Assembly (NCBI GenBank): GCA_002104905.1
Contig: MCFE01000446.1
Span: forward strand, 1-64,000
From: Basidiobolus meristosporus CBS 931.73
Taxonomy: Eukaryota > Fungi > Basidiobolomycota
Direction: 5' to 3'
Length of the DNA stretch: 64,000 bases
Each line of letters opens with the position of its first letter. Position 1 is the first letter of the stretch. The position numbers were made by a program, and so were the translations under genes. This document shows, one piece after another, positions 22,735 to 34,719 of the stretch. The notes below the pieces were generated by a model. That model did no database searches. It was not told where the DNA came from and saw nothing but the letters and a program-made list of their open reading frames with translations.

Positions 22735-23711
22735 TATGGGCTGGGACAAACATTGATCTAGGGTGCAGCAACTTCTATCAGTCACTGCAAGCTAGTATAT
22801 ACCATTGACTGTTTTCAGTTGGAACTGGCTAACAGTATGCAGCCAAAGTAAGTACACCACTGAAGTCAATAGATAAGGAATGAGAAAGAAGTAATTGCAA
22901 TCAGTATACAGGTGCAGAGGAGTAAATTAAGTAACTGGGATCAGAAAGTGCAAGAAAAATCAGGAAATCAATTAGTAGAAGCTAAGGGAACATTAGATTG
23001 TCAGATTTAAAATGACTTTGTGCTATTTTGACTACTTTTCTGAACTAGGTATGTAGTGCAATCCTAGTCTTTGCTTCTCAACTATGGCCCCAATACCAAA
23101 CAGGTAAATGAATGCTGTAAAGGACAAATAAGTAGTGACCAATGGCACTATGAAAACAAAGTGGCCAAAAATTGCCAAATCACTCACAGAGGGAAATGTC
23201 ATAATACATGGGAATTAGATGCTGTATCAATTACTTGCTCAAAAATAGATGCGGCATACAGGCCTGATCCACGTAGAGCGCAATTAAAATAAGCAAGGAG
23301 AGATGAAACGTCATTGTTCCAGCGCGGGCCAAAGAAAAGCGCCTTTTGACAGTTCAATTGGGGGAATTATTATTGATGTATTACAGACCATTCAAATGGG
23401 AGAAGTGGACTAATAACTTCAGCGTGGGGTGAAACATGGCGAATGCTACGGAATTTTCACACATGATGATGGCAACAATTTTATCTAGCCTTGCAAACAC
23501 TAGCCTCATCTTTGGATGAATATATACATCAATATTGATCGAGAATCCGCAGTAGGTTTTTCCCAATTCTGTGAGTTTGTCGCCTGCCATTTCAGGATGA
23601 CCAGATTCGGTCAAGAAATAAGGTTACTTGATGTAGCATGCCAGAAAAGGAACTTCTGTCCTCCATCAAAGAGCGATAAAGCCGCCAGAAGAATGTTCGC
23701 CCAATCCTCAA

Positions 23712-26700
23712 ATGACTACACCGTCTCAGAAGTCCATCGAACAGGATGCGGTGTTGGATGCGGAGAAAGATGAGTCGGAGTCTGAAAGAGTGAGTAGTAA
23801 CAAGAAGGTATCTTTCCTTGAGCTCTTTCAGTTCGCGACCACTTTCGATTGGCTTCTCGTGAGCACGGGAATTATTTGCTCTGTTGCAATGGGCGCTGCG
23901 AGACCTCTCATGACGTTCGTGTATTTTCCCAAACACCTTCTGCAAAGCTGTCGCAGGTCACTAAACTAGACTATTTATAGCATCATCTTCGGTGATCTGA
24001 TCAATGTTTTCCTGCTTTCCCCTGACGATTTCGCCACTGACTTGGAGCGAGAGAACTTTGTCAAAGGAAAAATTAACGGGTTTTCCCTTTATTTTATCTA
24101 CCTCGCCATCGGCGTGGCCATCACCTCTTACACCTATATGAGCTGCTGGATCTGGGCTGGGGAGCGCCAGACGCGATACATTCGCGAGCAGTATTTGGCA
24201 GCTGTTCTTCGTCAAGAAATCGCCTGGTTCGACGGCCTGGGCGCGGGTGAGATCACCACCCGAATCACCAATGATACGCATCTGATTCGGGACGGCATCA
24301 CCGAGAAGATCCCTCACACCGCGTCATACCTCTCGACGTTCATTGCCGCTTTCGTGGTGGCGTTCACCAGGAATTGGCAACTCACACTGGTCCTCTGCTG
24401 CATCATCCCAATGATTGCCATGTGCATTGGCATTCTCAGCATTTTGAGTACGAAGTACGCCAAGCGAGCCCTTGATTTTTATTGCCTCTGCGGAACCCTC
24501 GCCGAGGAGGTAATCTCATCGATCCGGAACGCCGTTGCGTTCGGACAACAGAAAAAGCTAGCGACCATGTACAGCAAAAACATCGCCAATGCCAAGCGAG
24601 AGTCGATCAAAAAGGAGATTTTCAATGCGATCGGGATGGCAGCGATGTTTTTCATCACCTACGCAGCCTACTCCCTCGCATTCTACTATGGTGGCAAGTT
24701 GATCCTCGAGAAGAAACTAGACGCTGGAGGCATGATGAATGTCCTCTTTGCCGTGATCATCGGCGCTTTCTCCCTTGGCAACATAGGGCCAAATGTTCAA
24801 GCATTCAGTCTTGCTCAAGGCGCTGCAGAGAAGCTATACGCTGTCATCCATCGCGTTCCGACCATCGACTCATCATCAAACAAAGGCGTCCAACCAGCCG
24901 CCAAAACCAAAGGCACCATCAGCTTTCAAAATGTGACCTTCCACTATCCTTCACGCCCAAACACCGACGTCCTCAATGGCGTAAGCTTTTCGGTAACGGC
25001 TGGAAACACTGTTGCTCTGGTTGGCCCCAGTGGCTCCGGAAAATCCACCATCGTTCAATTGCTCGAGCGCTTTTATGATCCGACGCAAGGTAGGATCCTG
25101 CTAGACGGCCTGCCAATCGACCAATACAACATCCGTTGGCTCAGAAGGCAGATAGGACTGGTCTCACAGGAGCCAACGCTCTTCAAGTGCACAGTTGCAC
25201 AAAACATTGCTCATGGCTTGATTGGAACCCCGCACGAGAGCTGCAACGAAGAAAAGAAGATGGAGCTCATCATTGAAGCCTGTAAAATTTCCAATGCACA
25301 CAACTTCATCATGGATTTGCCCCAACAGTACGACACTCAGGTGGGCGAGCGGGGTTTCCTTCTCTCCGGCGGCCAGAAGCAACGAATTGCTATTGCAAGA
25401 GCTGTGGTGAAGGATCCCTCCATCCTGTTGCTTGACGAGGCAACCTCCGCCCTAGATACCCAATCCGAGGGGATCGTTCAACTAGCGTTGGAACAAGCGA
25501 GTGCTGGTAGAACGACCATTGTTATTGCGCACAGACTTTCGACCATTCGCAACGCAGATACCATTATCGTAATGGACAAAGGGAGGATCATGGAAACCGG
25601 CAACCACACCTCGCTGCTGCATACCAACGGTGTATATCGAAGGCTAGTCGAGCTTCAGAAAATCAAGGAGCAAACTTCCCCGGCGGATACCTATCGTCCT
25701 GAGCTGAGAGAAGATGACATCCATCCTATCTCCACGAACAACTCGATCTATTCCACCGACAATACGGGTGTCGAGACAGGAGTTGAGAGAAAATACTCCT
25801 TCTGGTACGTGGCCTATCGCGTATTCAGCTTGAACATGCCGGAGGCCGGCTTCATCTTTGGTGGCTTGCTCGGAGCAATTGTTTCTGGCTCCATCCTTCC
25901 TTTGTACGCCATCGTGTTCTCAAAAATCATCAACGCCTTTTCGAAGCCGGAAATCAGCATAGACGACATCAACTTTTGGGCCTTGATATTTCTGCTCATC
26001 GGCGTCGCTAGCTTCTTTGCCCAGCTGGTCCAGGTGTCGTTCTTTGGCATATCTGGGGAGAGACTGACTGAACGGTTGAGGAACATGCTGTTCGCGTGTA
26101 TCATGCGCCAGGAGATTGGCTGGTTCGACGGAGAAAACAATAGCACTGGCGCATTGGTGTCTTCTCTAGCCACCGATGCGACAAATGTGCAAGGGATGAG
26201 CGGGTCCACCCTTGGATCAGCGTTGCAGGCCTTGGTCATCATCGGTGTGGGCTTCATCGTTGCGTTGGCTTACGGCTGGCAGATGACCTTGGTGGTGATG
26301 GTTTCCATTCCGGTTTTAATCGGCGCAGGGATTGTGAAGATGCGGCTGTTTATGAATTTCCAGCAGGACACCAGGACGATCTATGAAAAATCGGCTCAGC
26401 TAGCGTGTGAGGCGGCTAGCTCCATCAGAACGGTAGCGTCCCTAACCCGAGAGCAAGATGTCACCCACACGTATCACGTCAGTCTCGAGGAGCCCCATAG
26501 GGCGGGCAAGAAGAACGCATTTATTGCTTCGCTGGTTTTCGCCGGATCCCAGTCTGTGATTTACCTTATCAACTGTCTCGCATTCTGGTATGGAGGCAAC
26601 CTTTTCGCCGAGGGGAAATATACCGAGGAGCAGTTCTTCGTCGTCTTCATGGCCATTGTGACGGGTGCTCAGAGCGCGGGAAATGCGTTTGCCTTCGTGC

Positions 26701-27551
26701 CTAACATTGGCAGGGCTAAGGCATCTGCCTCGAGTATTTTTGCTCTACTGGATCGGGTGCCACTTATCGACACCTGGAAAGAGTTAGGAAAGAGAGTGGA
26801 ACACATCAGTGGCCACATAGAGTTGAGGAATGTTCATTTTACATACCCAACCCGTCCCGAGATCCCGGTCTTGCGTGGCTTGAATCTGACCGTGATGCCC
26901 GGGCAGTTCGCTGCCCTAGTAGGCCCATCTGGATGCGGTAAGAGCACGGTTGTCGGGTTGGTTGAGCGCTTTTATGATGTGCAATCAGGAAGCGTCCTGC
27001 TGGATGGCGAAGACATTCGCAACTCAAACATCAATGATATTCGCAAGCAGATCGCCCTTGTAAGCCAAGACGTCTCGTTGTACGACATGTCCATCGCGGA
27101 GAACATCCGCTTTGGTCTGGTGGGTCGCATTCCAAGCCAAGCTGAAATCGAGGAGGCGGCCAAGAAGGCGAACATCCACGAGTTCATTCTGGGTCTTCCT
27201 CAAGGCTATGACACGCAATTAGGCAACAAAGGCTGCCAACTCTCCGGTGGTCAGAAGCAACGTATCGCCATTGCACGCGCGCTAATTAGAAATCCGAAGA
27301 TTCTGCTGCTCGACGAAGCGACCAGCGCTCTGGATGCCCAGTCGGAAAAAGTCGTCCAAGCCGCACTTGACAATGCAGCCAAAGGCCGTACGACCATCGC
27401 GGTGGCCCATCGGCTATCTACCATTCAGAGGGCGGATACAATCTTCGTCATCAATAACGGGGCTGTAGCGGAAAAAGGAACTCATGAAGAGCTACTGGCC
27501 CTGCACGGACAATACCACAACCTTGTATATCAGCAAAACCTGGCTTCCTAA
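23712..27551 (+). CDS. Full-size ABCB/MDR1 (P-glycoprotein-like) multidrug transporter, 2 exons (intron 23915-23980), ~1257 aa
   Basis: TMD-NBD-TMD-NBD layout; Walker A GPSGSGKST and GPSGCGKST; LSGGQKQRIAIARA twice; LLLDEATSALD twice. Splicing restores PLMTIIFGDL. Confidence 0.97.
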
Positions 27552-28524
27552 ACCACTCAGAACCCGATTCTGTCCATATTTCCTTTCATTCAACCGACCA
27601 GAAAGTCCAACCAATTTGCCTGCCTCCCTACGAACTGACATCGCTGGCAATGAGAAGTCAGACTTGAAGTTCATCAGCCATGCCAACCCTGGCGTATATA
27701 GCGAATGGAAATCCGATAAATCCATTACAATGACCGACATTAACCGCGGTGGCGCTAAGACTAGTATGTTGAAAAGCATCTTTCAATAGAAGCTCAACAA
27801 TGTGTTTGATGCTTCCAACAACTACGCCTCCATCCAGCACATCCTAAAACCTGGCAACCTCAAGGGGACCTTTCCAAAAATGGCTGGGACTTCAACTACT
27901 CCTTTGGAAGCTGTACTACCGCACCCAAGGCCAACATTCGCGAATGTTGTTACGACAAGCATTGAAGTCTAATAAACTTTCCTTGCTGAGGTGAACCAGC
28001 CTCTTTCTTCCCACGCTAACACTAACGTTTCAGTAAACGCCTACATCGAGTCCAGCCTATTGTCCCTCGAAGAAAATGTGGTACAGAGTGCATGTTGCCG
28101 GCCAATTTAGGGAGAAGCTACCGTGGGAATACAACCCGTAAAGCTAGTCATCCAGGGTTTAGTATGTGAAACGAATAGCCTGACTTGGCCATGATGCCTG
28201 GATACTATCATCAACTACATTTTGACCGCACATTTCACCTGATCTAAATTTGACCCTCATTTTTTTGGGGGATTCGTTGGATGTTTGGAACTTGACTGTT
28301 GCCAATAATTAGTTAAGCACCTTAGCCCGCATATGATGGTTTTATTCTTGAAATAAATTTGAACTTGTGAGAGTACTGAGCCATTCCCATTTCATCCAAC
28401 CATTAACATTGGCCTTGTGAGTGGATGTTTCACCACCTCTCACTTGCTACTGTACGCACGGCTAGTGTATGAACAAGGATATCTAGTAACAATTATCAAA
28501 ATTTAAAGTAATGGGAAAGCGTAA

Positions 28525-28850
28525 AAATGACTCATACTACGACATCTCAAGCAAGCGCTTGCAGCGTGCACACAGGAATGGCACTTTTCTAACGTAGACT
28601 GTTATTTCATAGTCATGCTCCACTCCAACCATCTGAATTATATACCACTTTTATTTTTTGCTTCTCCGGTATTATGGGATTTGGATCTGAAAATCTTTTG
28701 TCAATAATCGGTAGCTTGGATTTTGAGTGCATAAGATTGGTTGGCAGCCGAGCTTTCCTGCTACCATCCACTCAAACTTGCCAACTTCTGACTGCGCTGG
28801 TATGCTTTGCTTTAATTCATTGATCTGCGTTACATATTCACCCATGTATT
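28525..28850 (-). repeat. Third, deleted copy of the 5.2-5.95 kb remnant
   Basis: Matches 5190-5350 and 5905-5945; minus frame DYEITVYVRKVPFLCARCKRLLEMS*. Confidence 0.7.
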
Positions 28851-28877
28851 CGCCAGTTTCTTCAGCTGATTATCAAC

Positions 28878-29135
28878 ATGCGTAACTGTCCAATCGGCGG
28901 TTCCTCCCCATGTGCCTGACAACATAGAAGTGTTCATTACCGTAGGTCACCATGTGCACGGCATCCAAAAGACTACTACCTGAATGCCCATAAAATGTTC
29001 AATATTTCGTCAACAAATGCGCAAGATCTATTGTTGCATCAGGTGATCACCACCGGGACCAGAACACACGACATTGCTCACATTAGCAGCGATAAAGACC
29101 TCAATGCCAAATATCAAGCAGGCGAGGCTAGCGTC
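28878..29135 (+). pseudogene. Distal, highly decayed B-family pseudogene
   Basis: ATGCGT..CCAATCGGCGGTTCCTCCCCATGT..AATGCCAAATATCAAGCAGGC aligns to B; signal peptide deleted. Confidence 0.7.
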
Positions 29136-30260
29136 TAAGTACCATATACAACAAAAGGCTAAAAGCTATCTTCGTTTATTCCAAGACGCTCCCGGTCACC
29201 CTGGTATGTCAATAGTTGTTGAATGTATGGGGGATACACTGACTGGGAATACGACAGCGAGTGGAATGTGATATATCTTGCTTCTTGATGACACACAGGA
29301 GTACGTACTGTTTGGTCCTACTCAACCTGATACAAGCTCGAATGAAAGCAACCTTCCAATTCAATATCTATTGATTACCATACTAGTGGTTACCCAACAT
29401 ACAGCTTAGACATAAATCCCCTAACATCTCACTACAGGCAATGTCCTAGAGAACCCTGAATATCTGGTTCGGTATCTGTGCTTGCGGTGGCATGATGGAC
29501 TGTCTGCAATGTATAGATCTATTTGTGATAGATAACTATGCCAAAAAAGAATTACTGACTATCCATATATAGCTATTCTACCATGGGGCCATCATGCTTA
29601 TCATATCACAACTGCTCCTATCTCAGAAACAATCGGTCACGACAAAATAATTGGTGTTACCAAGCATTCGTCTCCGAGCCTGGGTTTCTAGCATCGTTTT
29701 AGTGGGGATATAACCAAGCATGCCACCTCGGTAGGTAACTATATTTGGATTAATTGTCGAACAAGTTGATGGGGAGCTACACTTCCGGAAACTGCACACT
29801 AATACAAAGACTCACAGTTGCATGGTGTTGTCAGTCCAAAGGGTAGCGACAATTATTCAACATGTCGTACAATGTATGTAGATTAGGTAGTTCCCAATGT
29901 TCTTTTGACTATCTGATTGGTACTACGCTCGAACAGTATCCCTCTTGGAATCGATTCTCCAGTGTATAATAGTAATATAGCCACACTTGACAAGATGCCA
30001 CAAAGAAGTTGGTTGGGCAGAGATGGGAAAGCACACATGCATATAGCACGCTATATAGATATTTATTTGCACCGTTTGCAACCCAAATTATTGGTGCCAC
30101 TCCAAGTGCATCCTATCTATTTTTAGAGAGAAGGGTCATGAGTATCATTTGACCGTTATGAATGATATTTACCGTACCAGCGCACCATAATAGGAGGCTG
30201 TTATCTACATCCGTCTCTATATAAGGCTACAGCAGAAGTGTAAGTTCGACATATTCAGCT

Positions 30261-30524
30261 ATGAAGTTCACCTATCCATTAGTATTAATCACTCTCTTCG
30301 TGGCTCTTGCCATAAGTTTGGTTCAAGCAGGTACTCTCCCCTCCAAAGGTGTTAGCCATAATGGAGGTCAAGGAGTAAAACCCAAGCCCGTAGAGAAGCC
30401 AAAGGCGGTAGTAAAACCTAAACCAGTGACCAAGAAACCAAACACTGATGACAAGAAGAAAGTTCCTGCCCCAGGAAAGGGAAAGGGGAATGAAAAGAAG
30501 CCCGTACCTAAAGGCCACCATTAG
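30261..30524 (+). CDS. Small secreted Lys/Pro-rich protein (87 aa)
   Basis: Signal peptide MKFTYPLVLITLFVALAISLVQA; KPKP repeats; TATATAA ~44 nt upstream; AATAAA downstream. Confidence 0.8.
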   Translation: MKFTYPLVLITLFVALAISLVQAGTLPSKGVSHNGGQGVKPKPVEKPKAVVKPKPVTKKPNTDDKKKVPAPGKGKGNEKKPVPKGHH

Positions 30525-31418
30525 GTATTCCGATGAAGCCAGAAGCAGTAGGTACATGTTGAAATCGATGTAACACGAAGTGATTGACACCCGTCAATAA
30601 AAGCTACTTAAAACCCAACCGTTTAGTTGATAAATATTTTTCAGGATAGTTGGGTTAGAGACATCGGTACCAAAGCCAACCTCTAACCTTTACTCTTGTT
30701 AGAATTGGAACAGTGAGATATGCTGATAGTTGGCGTTTTCAGTGAGTGTCTGATTAATAGCCCATAGGAGTTCTACACCGAGTTGTAGTTCGGATATATT
30801 TATATATGGGTGTATTCCTATTCTAAGGGAAATAGAATCCACAGTGTTCGTTTCCTCTGCAATTAGTGTTGAAACTACGAAAATCGATTTCAGTGCAAAT
30901 AAACTATCTAAAACCCTCACATTTCAAGGATGCATCCCCTGCTCTAACGTTGACACCTAAATTTACAAGGCTCAATACAGTACTCATAGTTTGGAATAGA
31001 GTATGAATAAAAGCTCATCGGCTAATCCTAGAGACTGCCGCTCAAATGAATAGACATTTGCTAAATTTACCTTCAATTCGGCCAGCCTATTAGTGACACT
31101 CCAGTTGACTCTGCTACATCCTTACACCATGCAAGCCAGTTAAGGAACAAATTAGGTTAGGCGTTGTGCGGATGATCAAGCGCAAAGCGAATTACAGACT
31201 ACCGACCCCGCCCTATATTTATCCGGATGGATCATTTGCGATGGTCTAACTGACGAATCTTGCGTCATTTCGATGGCCAACCATGATCCACTGTTCTGGG
31301 TTTGAAGTCCGATGTTTCTCCTTTGATTGGTCAAGTAGTTACGCCTTAGGCACAAGGTGCAGGCTCTACCATGGTTTATAAAAGGTCCTTTTTCTGTTAA
31401 ATCCCAAGCAACAACAAG

Positions 31419-31787
31419 ATGGTTTCAAGAATCGCCCTACCCATTCTCCTTATGATGCTAGTCACATGGTCTTGTGCAGCTTCTCAGCAACGGTGTAACC
31501 CAAGTGCTCGTATCAACTGTCCACAAGGATACGACTGTAAGCCAGATCATCCAGGGCTTCTTGGCGGGAACGGAGTATGCGTTCGCATCTGTAATCCAAG
31601 TGCCCGCATCAATTGTCCACGAGGATTCGACTGCAAGCCGGATCACCCAGGACTTCCTGGAGGGAATGGGATGTGCGTCCGCATCTGTAATCCAAGTGCT
31701 CGCATCAACTGTCCCTGGGGATTCAGCTGTAAGCTGGACCAACCAGTACTTCCTGGTGGGAGTGGAGTATGCGAACGCGATAATTAA
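31419..31787 (+). CDS. Secreted Cys-rich protein with three tandem 32-aa modules
   Basis: Signal peptide plus 3 x (C-x7-C-x5-C-x13-C), encoded by 96-bp repeats from 31494; TATAAAA ~41 nt upstream. Confidence 0.88.
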   Translation: MVSRIALPILLMMLVTWSCAASQQRCNPSARINCPQGYDCKPDHPGLLGGNGVCVRICNPSARINCPRGFDCKPDHPGLPGGNGMCVRICNPSARINCPWGFSCKLDQPVLPGGSGVCERDN

Positions 31788-33317
31788 ACGCTCTAAAGCC
31801 AAGCGCATTTGAAGGTGACATTGAAGGGAAAGCGCCTCAATAAATATACTACCTTTAATCATATTTACAATATCACCATGATCCACACTGAATGGATAGC
31901 GCAGATTGCTTCCTGAACTTAACCATGAGTGTTGGTAATCAAGTGTGAATTTACTGAACCAGTTTTGTCGGCTTCTTGTTGATTAGAGTTTGGGTTTTTT
32001 TGACACAGAGCCACCGCCATATTGGATTTACACACATCAGGATCATTTGGTCCATTCAGCAGTGCAAAAGGGAAATGATGCTAAGCATTACTTCATTGCA
32101 TGGAGAACAAATACATTCAATACTGATGCAAAAGTTTTGAGAGAATTAAAAATCATGTATATATATTGTTGTATTGCGTGACTGATCTACCATGTGGCGA
32201 AGACCTCAACACTAGCTTTACCTAAATACTCTAATCAGCATGTGCATCCGGTCCTGCTGGAATTCAAAATGCCTAGGCCATAGACCAAAGATTTTCATGA
32301 TCAGATTCCACCTGCGTAATGATTGATTTCATCAGCATGGTTGTAAGCAATAGTCTGAATATTGCTTTAAGCCTGAAATTAGTCAATTGCCTTCTAAAAG
32401 CACGACTCGCCTATGAAGTATTTTTAGTACCCTGCCTGAGAATCAACCAAAGCTCTTGGCAAAGCATACATATCCACCCACCATTCCCCTATCGAACTAT
32501 ATATGGATCTCTTACCATGGGCATTGGATAAGAATCCCATCATTTATGGTACTAATCTAGATGTACGTCCGGTCAGCATATCTAATTACAGGTTTGAGAA
32601 ACACTTTGGTCGTCAATCCCACCTTGTGTAATAAGTAGTACTGGAATATAACCCATTGCTGAATACCAATCGATATGGCCGATTCAAGGCTACAATTTGA
32701 ATAAGCTTCTGGCACCCCAATTGTCTCAGTCTAAGTGATGGGAAAAAGCAACTTCAAACCAGGACGTTCATCGATACAATTTCCCCATTCTGCTCGGGGG
32801 TACTCGCTTTCGAATGGTGTGGTTGATCAACATCTCGCTGCTAAATGCTCAGCTTGTCCTGCATATCCAATCGTCATCGAGTGTAATCAATTGAATTAAT
32901 GATCCCAGCGATGCTCCCATTCATTGGTCAATCTCTATCAATGGGTGGCGATCAATTTCGCCCAAAGCAACGGTTGATTTGATTTACACAGAAATGCTTT
33001 CAGCCGAGAACTTCCAGTGACCCACCCATTTAATGGCCAACTTTGAGGGATATTACCTTGGCTCAGGTGCACACGACAGAGTGGCTTATGGCCCCTTCGA
33101 CGCACGGTGCTCGTCAATCATATGTTTTGTATGGCTGCGGATCCGATATGTAGATGTGTGGGAGCGTGATGAGCTAAGAAATCTGTTTAGCCCCATACAG
33201 CCCAGTGCTTGTTCTCTGCCTGTTTGGCGCTGATGCATTTATAAGCTAGATGGGCAACTTGTCTTGATGGCAAGTATTTAAGTGGAAGGCGCATCAGGAA
33301 GAGCACCAAGCCCAACA

Positions 33318-34185
33318 ATGCCTACCAATTCAGCTCTCGGCGGTACTCCCAAGCTTTACTATTTCGATATCGGAGGTGAGCGTTGGCGATGCGACACCCC
33401 AAATTTCCTCCGCTGATCATCTCTTATATAGCTTCTGGGCGTGGTGAGAATCTCCGCGTTCTCTTTGCCGATGCCGGGATCCAGTACGACCAGAAAAATC
33501 TTCCCCTAAATGAGGAATGGGTCGCTTTCAAGGAAGATTTGAAGAAGAGCGGAAAGAATCCTGCCGGCACCGTGCCTGTTCTCGAGCTCAACGGTGAGAG
33601 CCACTTTGGAACTCTCCCACTTCTTCGCTACCTCGCCGCGAAACTTGGTAATTCGTGAAGCTACCCTAACCAGTGAGATATATCTCGCTCGGTACTAATC
33701 GATTCCTCAGGAGCCTACAAGGGTAAGACGCCCGAAGAGGATTTGTTTATCGATTCAGTTTCGGATTTCGTCGCTGACTGGCGCTCCAGCTGGGTTGCTG
33801 TCTTCCTAAACGAGAAGGATAAGGCAGCGTACGCTCAGAAGGAGTTGCCAAACAATGTGGAGGTGATCGAAAAGTTGCTCGGAAAATATGATGGCCCTTA
33901 CTTCCTAGGGGATAACGTAATCTCTTCAACCAGCCTTCGTGACTGCCAAATTCCTACTTACATGCTCCTTCAACCCAGTTCACTTACGCAGATATCCTGG
34001 CCTACCAGATCGTACATGACGAGGAGTTGCTAGACAAGCTTCAGGTGAGCTGTGATCTTCTTGCCTATCCCAGAACTCCTTCTAACTTCCCCTTTTCTCT
34101 CCAGAAATATCCCAACCTTGTCCGCCTAAAAGATGCAGTTGAGGCACGCCCACGTCTTGCCGAGTACTTCTCCCAAAGGGAGTGA
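33318..34185 (+). CDS. Glutathione S-transferase, 5 exons (33318-33375, 33432-33647, 33711-33916, 33979-34044, 34105-34185), 208 aa
   Basis: KLYYFD..GRGENLR, GTVPVLE, GPYFLGDNFTYADI, KYPNL..RPRLAEY; four GT-AG introns splice in frame. Confidence 0.93.
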
Positions 34186-34719
34186 AGTAAGACTGACGAA
34201 TTACTCACATTGACAGTGCAATGGACATTCCCCAAGGTGATATGAATAAAGCATTGTCTTTCTAACTCTAACATCCTCGTAGCCCCAATAAACGCCATTA
34301 CCGGTATGATGGTTAACTTGTTGAAATCCAAATCGATCCAATTTATTCATTTGGTCATGCTGGACATTGAGTCCTGTAAAGCTACAGTATTTTTCATCCA
34401 TTTTGGTCATGCTGGTCATTGAGATCATGAATATTATCCTAGTCCTGTGGAACTACAGTATTTTCTACCCATCCTTTACCCCAGTACAGCCTGGCCAAAT
34501 ATTCGGCAAGTTTGATTCTCGAAAGAGTAAAAATAGCTTGAATACAGTGATGTGCATTAATCTTCGACTGAAACATGAAACGAACTGTCAACGTTGATGA
34601 GCTAAGAAACCCGTTATGTACGAAATCACATGACGTCACACGATTGCCTAGAATTTAGGAAATCACCCGCTGAGCAATACTTTTCTTCGAAGACACAAAC
34701 CACTCGGCATACTCTGAAG

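Noticed and set aside
24482-27218. Several alternative-frame and antisense ORFs inside the ABC transporter
   Set aside because: Expected by-products of codon bias in a long GC-rich CDS.
28525-28620. Three-copy conserved segment with TGACTCA and a GCAAGCGCTTGC palindrome as a candidate ncRNA
   Set aside because: The palindrome is absent from the other two copies, and conservation is better explained by the minus-strand coding frame.
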